Notes: a model not told the origin generated them from the sequence alone. 64,000 nt of DNA from Candidatus Sumerlaeaceae bacterium (GCA_051003195.1 JBPCLP010000042.1:1-64000), one strand, 5' to 3'. Numbered from the stretch's first letter, positions 1-9,748 are shown. Numbers and translations: made by a program.

Positions 1-109
1 CTTAACACCAGGAAGAGCGCACAAAATCATTGCCAGGTGCCTATGAAAACTGGCACATACTCCTGTCTGACTAGTACTACCTCTCCCCTACAGAAGGGAA
101 ATCTCTCGG

Positions 110-2209
110 GTGAACAGCCTATTTACACGTTCTGCATTCCTGCTGAAAGCCATGGTGGCCGCCTGTCTTATTGTAACCGGAAGCGCTCGCGCCGCTGAGG
201 ACCGCATCCTGTGGTATTCCATCAACGACGGCCTCACGAACACGACAACGATCCAGAACGCGATCAACTTCTGCGTGGCCAATAACTTCAATGCCATCTG
301 TTTTCTGGCCCGCTACCGCGCGAACGCCTACTATAAAACCAACCGCGACTTCGCCACCTATTCGAACCCCGAGCCGGAAGTTTCCGCTACGGATGGGCTT
401 CAGTATTTGATCGACCACGGGCACGAAGCCGGTCTGCGCATCTACATCTCCTTCAGCTGCTTCCTGGTGACCAGTACTTCGACTTATCCGGCTTTCATGC
501 CGTCGGGTTCCGTAACCTGGAAGTACAGCAGCGCCAGCTCGGACTTGACTTATGCACCAACGCTGCCGGAGTACCCGCGGGCAATGACAACCTCAGACGA
601 CAGTGAAGGCTTATGGGCAGACGTTGGCCGCGCCGATTTGCGTACTTACACAATCAATGTGATGAAAGACATCGTTCAAAACTACGATGTCGATGGTGTC
701 ATCCTGGACCGCGTTCGCTATCGTGGCGACTCGATTCCGCACAACACGCAGGCCTATGGTTACAATCCCACGGCGTTGTCGGAAATGGTGAGTCTCGGCG
801 AGATTCCCAATACGACCCCCGCGCCCGGTGCAACTGCGTTTATTACGGCGCGGCGCAATGCGGTTTCACGATTTATTACCGATGCAGGGAACGCAGTTCA
901 CGCGATGAAGCCATGGGTCATCATGGGCTCCGCTCCGGTAATTTATGGATTCAGCTTAACAAGCACCTACTACGGTGTATTTCAGCACTTTCCGACATGG
1001 AACAGTGCAACTAATACAGGACACGTGAGCGGATTTGGCAACATGGACTTTATTGCCCCGCAGTATTACCGCTCTACCGACACTGATAACGCAAACCTGA
1101 TGAACCTGGTAAATACTGACATCGACGAAGTGAACAGGATGTTTCACCAAGGCACGTTTGGGATTTACCTCCCCTACGCTGCGGCCGATTTCGCACAGAG
1201 CATCTGCGATTTGCGCCAGAAAGGTGCCAAAGGATTTGGAACCTTCGCATACAACGCCACGAGCGCAGCGGGTTATATCAGCAGTGTGAACGCGGTCAAT
1301 ACATCGCCGTGCGGAACAAACGTCATCGCCACCCCAACCCCAGCCGCGGACTTCACGAACAAACTGGGCTGGGACACCTTGCCGCCTAATCCCGTCACCG
1401 GCGCAAGTGTGACGGGCGGCTTCCGCACCGCCACTCTCAACTGGACGCCACCCACCCCCGCCACCGATGGCGATACTGCCGTGCGCTACCTGATCTACCG
1501 CGGCACCAGCCCCGTAAAACTCTATTACGCCAACCAGGCTGGGCGCACCACCGCCATTACCGGCAATAGCTTCATCGACGCCGGAGCACCTGCGGGCACA
1601 TGGTACTATAAAATCGTCTCTGTCGACGACTACAACAACAAGACCGCTGTGCAAGTAGGACCGACGGTTGTCAGCGGTCTCGACATTTATATCGAGAGCC
1701 GGCTGAGTGTCGCCAACGGCAGCGGAACGACGGCCGCTCCTGCATATGTCGAAACTTCGACATTCACCGGAGGCTCTGCTGGCAATACCACAGCAAAGAG
1801 CAGCGCCAGCGGGCTCGTTGGCGCGGGGTCGCGCGTTTCTATTGTGCCGGGTCAGACCGCCGCATTCAAACCAAACATCACCCAGGCAGGGGCCTATAAC
1901 GTTTACATTACGCTCGATGACAACGCCACCAATTCCAATGCCGACGCAAATGCAAATTATGTCGTCACGAATACCGGTGCGGACCGCACGGGTTCTGTTT
2001 ATCTCGACCCAGTACTGGGGCCATCGGATATGATCAATGACTGGCACCTGCTGGAAGCGGATGTTCTGCTGCCTCTCGGTCAAACGAAGGGCATCACCCT
2101 GACGAACGTCGATGGCAATAACAACACGGGAAAGCGGTTTGTCATCGATGCCGTAAGATTTGAACTGGAAACGATTACTACCAGTGTTGACGACTGGAGC
2201 ATGTACTAA
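110..2209 (+). CDS. Secreted GHL10/DUF187-type glycoside hydrolase with FN3 and a C-terminal golvesin/Xly-like beta domain; ends in TSVDDWSMY
   Basis: Signal peptide (ARA/AED); YDVDGVILDRVRY and DFIAPQYY motifs typical of DUF187; FN3 pattern (LNWTPP, YLIYRG, YYKIVSVD); tail FVIDAVRF. Confidence 0.75.
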   Translation: MNSLFTRSAFLLKAMVAACLIVTGSARAAEDRILWYSINDGLTNTTTIQNAINFCVANNFNAICFLARYRANAYYKTNRDFATYSNPEPEVSATDGLQYLIDHGHEAGLRIYISFSCFLVTSTSTYPAFMPSGSVTWKYSSASSDLTYAPTLPEYPRAMTTSDDSEGLWADVGRADLRTYTINVMKDIVQNYDVDGVILDRVRYRGDSIPHNTQAYGYNPTALSEMVSLGEIPNTTPAPGATAFITARRNAVSRFITDAGNAVHAMKPWVIMGSAPVIYGFSLTSTYYGVFQHFPTWNSATNTGHVSGFGNMDFIAPQYYRSTDTDNANLMNLVNTDIDEVNRMFHQGTFGIYLPYAAADFAQSICDLRQKGAKGFGTFAYNATSAAGYISSVNAVNTSPCGTNVIATPTPAADFTNKLGWDTLPPNPVTGASVTGGFRTATLNWTPPTPATDGDTAVRYLIYRGTSPVKLYYANQAGRTTAITGNSFIDAGAPAGTWYYKIVSVDDYNNKTAVQVGPTVVSGLDIYIESRLSVANGSGTTAAPAYVETSTFTGGSAGNTTAKSSASGLVGAGSRVSIVPGQTAAFKPNITQAGAYNVYITLDDNATNSNADANANYVVTNTGADRTGSVYLDPVLGPSDMINDWHLLEADVLLPLGQTKGITLTNVDGNNNTGKRFVIDAVRFELETITTSVDDWSMY

Positions 2210-2441
2210 GTACCAACTGCTCAACACCAGAAAATTACCATTCCAGTTCCGAACAGTCCCGTTTCTCCCAAGTATGGCGGCGTGGAAAATGCACATGATG
2301 GGTTTTCCGCTGCTTCAAATCCGCTGGGAGCGGGAAGGTCACCGGCAATGTGTGCATTACCGGAGCCCTGCGGCAGGAAGGCAACTTTAAGATCAAGAAA
2401 ACACCATAACAGGTCGCCAAAGTAACCTGGTGAGGAAAAGA

Positions 2442-2518
2442 TGGTGGGCGATACTGGGATCGAACCAGTGACCTCCGGCATGTGAGGCCGGCACTCTAAC
2501 CAGCTGAGCTAATCGCCC
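2442..2518 (-). tRNA. tRNA-Val(CAC)
   Basis: Reverse complement GGGCGATTAGCTCAGCTGGTTAGAGTGCCGGCCTCACATGCCGGAGGTCACTGGTTCGATCCCAGTATCGCCCACCA forms a cloverleaf; anticodon loop CT-CAC-AT; encoded CCA. Confidence 0.97.
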
Positions 2519-2897
2519 CGGGGGAATCGGTTCTTGTACTGATTCTACGTGCAAGTATTCGCAGCGCAGGACGGGCAAGCCTGTTGGATCGAACTCTGCG
2601 TGGAAAGCTGCGGCTAACATATGTAACAGATCAGTGAAACAAACGCCCCCGGTGCGGCACACGGTGACGCACTCCCAAACGGCGCAGGTATTGATGTGCG
2701 CGTTATAGTCGAAACACCGCGGGCGCCCCGTGTTTCGCGTGGGAAGTTTAAGGCGCGATGGTCACCTACAACGCATTTCGCCAAGCCGCGCCACTTCACC
2801 GTCACGAACTCTTATCATCGCACTGAATGATTTCTCACACGCATGGCAATCATATCGTGCTCGTCGCAGCTCGTAAACACTCGGAAAGGTTTTAGGG

Positions 2898-5798
2898 ATG
2901 CTCTCTACAGATAACCTCCAGCAGCGGCTTGAGCGCATTCTGCTCAAGGTGGATAAACCTGCGCGCTACACGGGCGGTGAATTCAATACCACGCTGAAGC
3001 CAGACAGTGAAGTGGATGTGCGTGTGGCGCTGGCTTTCCCGGATGTCTACGACATCGGTATGAGCTACCACGGGTTTAAGATTTTCTACGAGCGAATCAA
3101 CCGGATGGCCGGTTTCCAGTGCGAGCGGGTATTTGCGCCGTGGCCGGATTTCGAAACGCTGATGCGCACGAACGGCATTCCGCTCTACCTGCTGGAGAGC
3201 AAGCGTCCGCTGCGGCAGTGCGATCTGATCGGTTTCACGCTGCAGCACGAGATGAACTACACGAACATCCTGAACATGTTGGACCTCGGCCAGGTGCCGG
3301 TGTTCGCTGCCGAGCGTGCTGAGGACGATCCGATCGTCATCGCGGGCGGGCATGGCGCTTTTAACCCCGAAGTGCTGGCGGAATACCTGGACGCGGTCGT
3401 GATCGGCGACGGCGAATGGGCGCTGATTCAGATCATGGAAGCCGTGCGCGCGGCGAAGGGCTGTGTTAGTGGGGCAGGCGTCTCGCCTGCCGCTGACGGG
3501 TTGGGCGTAAGTGGAAATCCGTCGCCTGCCGCTGACGGGTTGGGCGTAAATGGAAATCCGTCGTCTGACGGGTTGGGCGTAAATGGAAGCCGCACTACCC
3601 CCAGCCCCGTTCCCTACCACTACCGGGGAGACGGCACCGTAGCAAAGCGAAAAGCCGTTCCAACTTTTACAAACGCAGATCTCGACATGCCAGGCACCTG
3701 GAAACAGGTTGTGCCTCGGAGTTTAGAAGCCCCTGCTGATCAGTTCTCGCCGTCAACCACAGGCGGGACGCCTGTGCCACCTCTTAGCCGTGAAGAACTG
3801 CTATTCAAGCTCTCCCAGATCCCGGGTGTCTATGTACCCCGCTTCTACGAGCCCGTCTACAACGCCGACGGCACGCTCGCGGCCATGCGTCGCCTGCGCG
3901 ACGACGTGCCCGAGATCGTCACGAAATCGAATTTTGACGTGCGCGACGACTTTGGCTGTACGCGACCGGTTGTGCCAATCATGCGCGTGGTGCACGACCG
4001 CTTCGCCATCGAGATCAAACGCGGGTGCATGGTAGGTTGCCGTTTCTGCCAGGCCGGGATGATTACGCGTCCGTTGCGCGAACGTGATCCGCGCCAGATC
4101 GTCGAGATTGCGCGCGAGGGAATTCGCAACACCGGCTACGATGAGATTTCGCTCCTGTCACTTTCCAGCGCGGACTATTCGGGAATCCTGGAACTGACGC
4201 GCGCGCTGCGCGACGAGCTGGCGGATGAGAATATTTCAATCTCGCTACCGAGCCTGCGGATCAATGCATTCGATGTCGATCTTGCCGACGAGATCGGTAG
4301 CGTGCGCAAAAGCGGTTTCACGTTTGCGCCCGAGGCCGGTACCACCCGCCTGCGTGAGGTGATTAACAAGGCAGTAGATGAAGAGCGTTTTCACCAGACG
4401 ATTGAAGCGGTGCTGGCAAAGGGCTGGCGGACGCTGAAGTTTTATTTCATGTGCGGTTTGCCGACTGAGACTGATGAAGACCTTCAGGGAATCGTCGACC
4501 TCACGAACAAGGCCATCGAGTACGGCAAAAAACATTGTGGAAATAATTTCCAGCTGAACATCAGCCTGTCCCCTTTCATCCCGAAACCACAAACGCCGTT
4601 CCAGTGGCACGCGCAGCCGACCATCGAGGAGTTCGATCGCAAGTACCACTACGTGCAAAGCCGCATGAATCGCAAATACGTGAGCCTGAAAAAGCACAGC
4701 CTGTACGAAAGCGTGATCGAGGGTGTGCTGGGCCGCGGCGACCGTCGTGTTGGACGCTCGATACACCGCGCGTGGCAGCTTGGGTGCAGGTTCGATAACT
4801 GGCACGAGCACATGCGTTTTGACCTGTGGCAGCAGGCTTTCACAGATTCCGGGCTTGACCCGTACTTCTACGCCAGCCGGGCGCGCGGTAAGGACGAAGT
4901 GCTGCCGTGGGACCACATTGAGGCCAGCCTGGGAAAGAAGTTTCTCTGGAAGGAAAAGACGAAAAGCGAGCTGGTGAAAACGACGCCGGATTGCAGCACC
5001 GCGCACTGCGTAACGTGCCAGGTGTGCGACTTCAAGGAAGTAAAAAACCTGCTCAGCATACGCGAGGACGGTGAGTATGTCGCGCCGCCTCCGCGCGATC
5101 GGGTCGAGAAGCCGAACGAACCTGTGCAGCGCCTGCGGTTCACCTTTTCCAAAATGGGAATGCTGCGGTTTATTTCGCACCTGGACCTGGTCAAGGTGAT
5201 GCAGCTGGTCTTCCGCCGCAGCGGAGTGCAGGTCGCCTACACACAGGGGTTTAATCCGACGCCGAAGATGGCGTTTACTCCCCCGCTGCCGATGGGTTTT
5301 GCAAGCGAGGGCGAGTTGCTCGACGTAGTGTTCACCGAGTACTATAACCCGGAGGACATCGTGGAGCGCATCCGGGCCATTGAACTGGACGGGCTAGTAT
5401 GGAAGGCCGTGGAGGAGGTGCCGCTGCGCAGTGCTGCACTTGCGACATTGCTGGATACTTCCGAATACCTGGTCCTTCTTCCTCTCGACGCACTTGCTCT
5501 TACTAATGAAGAGATTAATGGCCGCCTGCACGACCTGGCTATCGCAGAGTCATTCGCCGTCACGGTGGAGGGCAAGAATCGCACAAGCAGCAAGGACCTG
5601 GTCAAGGCGTTCCGGTCTATCAAGTACACTCGTACTGTGAGCTCACATGAATTCCGTGCCAGCATTTCCATGACCGAGACGGAATACATGAACCCTGTCA
5701 CCGGCCTCGAAAAACTCTTCAACCAGAAGTTCAGCGAGGAAGTGCTGGCCACACGCCTTTCCTTCCAGGTAAAAGCGAGCGAAGTCGTAGCCTTGTAG
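2898..5798 (+). CDS. B12-binding radical SAM protein (TIGR03960-like) fused to a radical-SAM-linked domain (TIGR03936/DUF2344-like), with an ~104-aa insertion
   Basis: KPARYTGGE, FPDVYDIGMS, CMVGCRFC (CxxxCxxC), FTFAPEAG; C-terminal RFISHLD and YTQGFNPTPK. Confidence 0.9.
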   Translation: MLSTDNLQQRLERILLKVDKPARYTGGEFNTTLKPDSEVDVRVALAFPDVYDIGMSYHGFKIFYERINRMAGFQCERVFAPWPDFETLMRTNGIPLYLLESKRPLRQCDLIGFTLQHEMNYTNILNMLDLGQVPVFAAERAEDDPIVIAGGHGAFNPEVLAEYLDAVVIGDGEWALIQIMEAVRAAKGCVSGAGVSPAADGLGVSGNPSPAADGLGVNGNPSSDGLGVNGSRTTPSPVPYHYRGDGTVAKRKAVPTFTNADLDMPGTWKQVVPRSLEAPADQFSPSTTGGTPVPPLSREELLFKLSQIPGVYVPRFYEPVYNADGTLAAMRRLRDDVPEIVTKSNFDVRDDFGCTRPVVPIMRVVHDRFAIEIKRGCMVGCRFCQAGMITRPLRERDPRQIVEIAREGIRNTGYDEISLLSLSSADYSGILELTRALRDELADENISISLPSLRINAFDVDLADEIGSVRKSGFTFAPEAGTTRLREVINKAVDEERFHQTIEAVLAKGWRTLKFYFMCGLPTETDEDLQGIVDLTNKAIEYGKKHCGNNFQLNISLSPFIPKPQTPFQWHAQPTIEEFDRKYHYVQSRMNRKYVSLKKHSLYESVIEGVLGRGDRRVGRSIHRAWQLGCRFDNWHEHMRFDLWQQAFTDSGLDPYFYASRARGKDEVLPWDHIEASLGKKFLWKEKTKSELVKTTPDCSTAHCVTCQVCDFKEVKNLLSIREDGEYVAPPPRDRVEKPNEPVQRLRFTFSKMGMLRFISHLDLVKVMQLVFRRSGVQVAYTQGFNPTPKMAFTPPLPMGFASEGELLDVVFTEYYNPEDIVERIRAIELDGLVWKAVEEVPLRSAALATLLDTSEYLVLLPLDALALTNEEINGRLHDLAIAESFAVTVEGKNRTSSKDLVKAFRSIKYTRTVSSHEFRASISMTETEYMNPVTGLEKLFNQKFSEEVLATRLSFQVKASEVVAL
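3469..3780. repeat. Inverted REP-like palindrome pair enclosing ~2.8 copies of a 39-nt tandem repeat, inside the radical SAM CDS
   Basis: GTGGGGCAGGCGTCTCGCCTGCC (3469-3491) and ACAGGCGGGACGCCTGTGCCAC (3759-3780; reverse complement GTGGCACAGGCGTCCCGCCTGT); tandem units start at 3483, 3522 and 3561. Confidence 0.8.
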
Positions 5799-5809
5799 CG
5801 AAACACCGA

Positions 5810-6925
5810 TTAAGATCTTTCGCTGCTCCAGCTGCCATTCTCTCCGCTCACGCACCACACTCCGAAAGAATGCAGTACCGGTTTTAGATCCTCGAGGCTG
5901 ATAAAGCCGATGCATGGATATGCGCCCACAGCCGGCGGTCCGACCTCCACTAACCTGCGGGCGAGAACGATTGCGGGAGTGCTTGGCGTAGCTGGACCAT
6001 CATCATCCGTAACAATGGCAAGTCGCCGCTCGACGAGTTGTCCATCGTGCCCCACGCCATTCACCCACACAGCCAGCGAGCCATTCTTTGTGCCGAGACG
6101 GAAGAACAACAGCGAAATTTTTAACATGATCGTGGCCAGCTTACTCAACCAGGGCATGGGCAGAATCACACGCACGCGACTAATGGCGGCAAGGATCCAG
6201 TTAAAACAGTTAAGTTCCAGGCCCGCCGAGAACCGAACTGACTCCACACGCCAAATGGCGGGGAATAACTCCAGATCGGGTACATCGCAATTATACACGT
6301 GCCGTTGCCCGACGGGAAACGGAAAGTCTAGCACCCGCGCATCGCCCCACCCACGCCTGGTTATCCATCTGCCATCCTGGAAAACGCGAATCTGGCGGCC
6401 GAGATAACTGAGTATTGCACTGATTGTAGATGCCCCGCGTGGATTCTGGTTACCTGGACTAAGGGCTATCTGGATATTCTGCATCTGCCGGAACTGTGGC
6501 GCCAGTTCTCGAACCAGTGCGGAGGTAATCGCTGGAACAGAGCTACAACCGGAAGTAATAAACACAGCGCGCTCGCGTGCTTCGTTATCCAGCGACGTAA
6601 TGCCCGCCACAAAATCGCGTGCATCCGCTAGATCGATGTAATGTGTACCGCATCTAATGCATGATCGCGCGACGCTGTAGTCCGCTTCTTGAAACGGGCC
6701 GGCCGCATGAATGACCAGGTACGATCCGTTGATCAGGTCGTCGAGCGAATCCGGTTGTCGGGTGTCGACATACCGAAAGGTTGCACCGATGGAATTGGCA
6801 AATCGCTCACCCGCTGCCCGATTTCTTCCGGCAATTATAAGACTAATATCCGGATGCGCGGCAAGTGAGCTGCAGATTCGGCTGCCGAACACCCCATATC
6901 CGCCAAGGACAGTGACAATCTTCAA
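5810..6925 (-). CDS. Saccharopine dehydrogenase-like NAD(P)-binding oxidoreductase
   Basis: VLGGYGVFG Rossmann motif, IHAAGPFQ, HYIDLAD, GCSSVPA. Confidence 0.85.
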   Translation of the reverse strand: MKIVTVLGGYGVFGSRICSSLAAHPDISLIIAGRNRAAGERFANSIGATFRYVDTRQPDSLDDLINGSYLVIHAAGPFQEADYSVARSCIRCGTHYIDLADARDFVAGITSLDNEARERAVFITSGCSSVPAITSALVRELAPQFRQMQNIQIALSPGNQNPRGASTISAILSYLGRQIRVFQDGRWITRRGWGDARVLDFPFPVGQRHVYNCDVPDLELFPAIWRVESVRFSAGLELNCFNWILAAISRVRVILPMPWLSKLATIMLKISLLFFRLGTKNGSLAVWVNGVGHDGQLVERRLAIVTDDDGPATPSTPAIVLARRLVEVGPPAVGAYPCIGFISLEDLKPVLHSFGVWCVSGENGSWSSERS

Positions 6926-7404
6926 TATGAGGCATCCGAGAGAAGCCGCTCAATCGTTCCGTCTGCAATCAGCCGCTCCAGCTCCACTCGCCTGTATGCG
7001 AACACCTCGCGCAAACGGGGTGCGACGATGTATTTCATGGCCTGCTCCCCGCCAAGCCACCATGGCAACCGAACCTCTAATAGATCCGTAAGCGTTGTAC
7101 CACCATCTGGGTTTTTTGTAAACTCGTGCACGTGCTCAAACTTACTGAACAGCCCCGTGATTTGCCGCTCTCCAAACCGCAGGGGACACTCGTACAAGTA
7201 GTGTTCAAACGCCATCTTCAAGCGAAACGCACAGAATCGTTCCGCAACTGTGGTGACGCAACTTGGCCGGATGCTTCCCTCATGGCTGACGAGTGTAAAC
7301 GTGTGCCTGTTGCGCATAAGCAGGGCGAGGTTCTCAGGATTTTCGTGAAAGTGAAAGAGGTCGCCCGGAGGCAATGCGAACTGATGCGTAAACTTGAATT
7401 TCAT
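6922..7404 (-). CDS. SRPBCC family protein (start may be 7467)
   Basis: FHFHENPENL, QITGLFSKFEHVHEF, GTTLTD, VFAYRR; 4-nt overlap with the next gene. Confidence 0.75.
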   Translation of the reverse strand: MKFKFTHQFALPPGDLFHFHENPENLALLMRNRHTFTLVSHEGSIRPSCVTTVAERFCAFRLKMAFEHYLYECPLRFGERQITGLFSKFEHVHEFTKNPDGGTTLTDLLEVRLPWWLGGEQAMKYIVAPRLREVFAYRRVELERLIADGTIERLLSDASY

Positions 7405-7480
7405 GCGCTCACATTGCTCCGACAGCGGAAGCGATTGCAGGCCAGCAAGCGAGCGCGATCGTTCCATGCTGTAATCTGAT

Positions 7481-8002
7481 CTATCCGCGCTCTTTATACA
7501 TCTCCATGCTTCGCAGCACCTCGACCCTGGCTTCATCGACGTCGCCCCAGCCGACCACCTCGACGGTCTTGTGTTCGAGATCCTTGTAGATCTGGAAGAA
7601 ATGGCTGATTTCGAGCGGAATGTGCTCCCCGAGATCGGGCAAGTTACGAACCTCTTTAAAGCGCGGATCACCAACGGGTACTGCCAGCACCTTGTAATCC
7701 TGGCCTTTGTCGTCGAACATTTTCAGCAGGCCGACGGGCCGGGCGGGAATGACAGCTCCCGGAAAAGAAGGTAGTGTTACGACGATCAGGACGTCCAGGT
7801 GGTCGCCGTCTTCAGAACGAGTTTGCGGGATAAAGCCGTAGTCGCAGGGATAGAACAGTGGACTGTGCAGAACACGGTCCAGCACAAACGTTTCGTACTC
7901 TTCGTTATACTCGAACTTGAGGCTGCAACCCTTTGGCACCTCGACGATACAATTCAATATATCCGGGGGACTTTCCCCGGCGGGCATCGCTTCAAACTTC
8001 AT
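7481..8002 (-). CDS. ppa: Inorganic pyrophosphatase, family I
   Basis: VEVPKG, LDRVL, YPCDYGFIP, DGDHLDVL, HFFQIYKDLE. Confidence 0.97.
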   Translation of the reverse strand: MKFEAMPAGESPPDILNCIVEVPKGCSLKFEYNEEYETFVLDRVLHSPLFYPCDYGFIPQTRSEDGDHLDVLIVVTLPSFPGAVIPARPVGLLKMFDDKGQDYKVLAVPVGDPRFKEVRNLPDLGEHIPLEISHFFQIYKDLEHKTVEVVGWGDVDEARVEVLRSMEMYKERG

Positions 8003-8026
8003 CAGGTGGGCAGTCTCCGTTCCGTA

Positions 8027-9124
8027 CTATGAGACGGGACGCATCGTCCTGCCGATTTGCAGAAGCAAGGATTCTAGCACATAGTTCGGATCCATCTGCC
8101 GGGAAGAAAACGGTTTAAAGTGCGGGATAAGATCGGCAGCGCGCGCAAGGCTTTCCATGGGCAGCGCCTGGGCAAAGGCCTGCAGCTCCGCCTTTATTTC
8201 GCTGTTCACGAGGAGTTTGTCCGCCGTTGCAGGCGAAGCGCATTTCACAATCGCCGCGTCACGGAACCAGGTCGTCAGCATATTGAGAACCCGGTCGCTC
8301 TGCTCCCCACCCCGGCCGCCCTCCGTCTCCTGCTGCAATTCCGATGCGGCGCGGAACAAGGCCACAAAACCATACTGCTGGAAGAGCTGAAGCGTGTGGG
8401 CAAGATCACGCCGGCGGGCCGTCGCCGTATCCCCTACGTAGTCCGGTAGTTGCCCGGGCCGCCCATCTCCAACGTGGGCGAGTGCATCGACTTCCTGCTG
8501 CAGGGCCTCTTCCCCAACCACCACGCGGGCAAGCTGCCGCATCTCGTCCATCGGCAACGGGCTGAACTTTACCGGTGCGCAGCGCGAACGGATCGTCGTC
8601 AGCACATCACCGCGCCTCTGCGTCAGCAGCACAAGCGTAAGGTAGGAAGGTGGCTCCTCAATCAGCTTAAGGATGTAATTGGCCAGGGCGATGTTCATCC
8701 GTTCTGCATCGCGGATGATCAGCACCTTGCGTGCACCTTCGAGCGGACGAGTGTCGATGAAGCGGTAATACTGTAGCGCGTCCGGATCGTCCTTGCCGGG
8801 TTTCCATCCAGAAAGTGTGATCTGCCCCGCCGCGCCGCGAGGTTCCACCAAAAGCACATCGGCAAATATGCCCTCCGTGATTTTGCGGCACATGTTGCAC
8901 GGGCACTCGTCCACGGAGCCGCGGCCGCAATTCAGGTGCTTGGTGAGGGCATACGCCATGGACAGCTTGCCCACGCCTTTAGGCCCGTGGAAGAGAAGAG
9001 CATGAGGCAACACCTCCTTTTCCAATGCCGCCAGCAGGTAACGCTTAATCAGATCATGGCCGACGACCGAAGCAAAATGACGCGCGGATGCCGGTGGGAA
9101 ATTGCCTTTAGAAGCGGGAGGCAT
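8027..9124 (-). CDS. holB: DNA polymerase III subunit delta'
   Basis: HALLFHGPKGVGK, Zn-binding cysteines, LKLIEEPP, TIRSRC (SRC motif). Confidence 0.9.
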   Translation of the reverse strand: MPPASKGNFPPASARHFASVVGHDLIKRYLLAALEKEVLPHALLFHGPKGVGKLSMAYALTKHLNCGRGSVDECPCNMCRKITEGIFADVLLVEPRGAAGQITLSGWKPGKDDPDALQYYRFIDTRPLEGARKVLIIRDAERMNIALANYILKLIEEPPSYLTLVLLTQRRGDVLTTIRSRCAPVKFSPLPMDEMRQLARVVVGEEALQQEVDALAHVGDGRPGQLPDYVGDTATARRRDLAHTLQLFQQYGFVALFRAASELQQETEGGRGGEQSDRVLNMLTTWFRDAAIVKCASPATADKLLVNSEIKAELQAFAQALPMESLARAADLIPHFKPFSSRQMDPNYVLESLLLQIGRTMRPVS

Positions 9125-9127
9125 GCT

Positions 9128-9748
9128 TCATACGCATTCAAGTTCGCTGAGAAAATGCCGCAGCAGACGCTTCGCCCGCAGGGCGTCGCTCTCAAAGACG
9201 TAAACGTCGGTTCCAAACACATCGCAGGGAGTGCAGCGAACCAGGCTGCACGGGATGCGATTAGAGGAATAGTATCCCCGCAACAAATGGCCCTGCGTGG
9301 AATTGCGCATGCGCGCGATCCGCACGATGCCCTCGTCGATTCTAAGGTCACCCAACGGCAGGTCCTCTTCGTCGACCAATTGCACGGCGCAATCCTCGCA
9401 GCGCTCTGTTCCCTGTAGGTACTCCGCACAACAGATCGGGCAAAACTCGGTGTCACTCAGTTGCCACGCAAACTGCTCACTCCATACTTCCTCGTTTACA
9501 CGCCCGTGCGCATGACGAGCCCTGACGCTTTTGCCGTATGGATGTCGGTGCATCTGACGCATTTTTCGCGCGGCTACGACTGCCAGCAGGAGAACTGGGA
9601 CCAGTGGTGAGAACGCCTCGGGTCCGGCAAAAGAGGTGGCGGCGCAGTTCTCCACCGGAAGATGACCCTCCATCTTCCATCCTTGTGCGGGTCTGTCGCC
9701 GAGCTCAAATTCGGCAAAAATCATACTTCTCATCTCGCTTAGAATCAA
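9128..9748 (-). CDS. Hypothetical protein with a Zn-ribbon and DUF2007-like C-terminus (true start probably further downstream)
   Basis: FCPICCAEY...CEDCAVQLV followed by VYVFESDALRAKRLL; ends 3 nt upstream of holB. Confidence 0.55.
   Translation of the reverse strand: MILSEMRSMIFAEFELGDRPAQGWKMEGHLPVENCAATSFAGPEAFSPLVPVLLLAVVAARKMRQMHRHPYGKSVRARHAHGRVNEEVWSEQFAWQLSDTEFCPICCAEYLQGTERCEDCAVQLVDEEDLPLGDLRIDEGIVRIARMRNSTQGHLLRGYYSSNRIPCSLVRCTPCDVFGTDVYVFESDALRAKRLLRHFLSELECV

Noticed and set aside
956..2296. Long antisense ORFs (also 4245-5180, 12522-13334, 21126-22028, 29025-29897)
   Set aside because: They shadow well-supported genes on the opposite strand or in another frame, as expected in GC-rich DNA, and carry no protein motifs
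2210..2897. Integration site or ncRNA around tRNA-Val
   Set aside because: No duplicated tRNA 3' end or integrase seen; only weak hairpins (e.g. GAAACAC/GTGTTTC, 2711-2736)
3483..3592. CRISPR array
   Set aside because: Head-to-tail repeats with no unique spacers, inside a CDS; no cas genes in the window
3460..3790. Intein in the radical SAM protein (insert begins CVSG, resembling intein block A)
   Set aside because: No C-terminal HN/HQ followed by C/S/T, no TxxH block, low complexity; REP ends and tandem repeats explain it better
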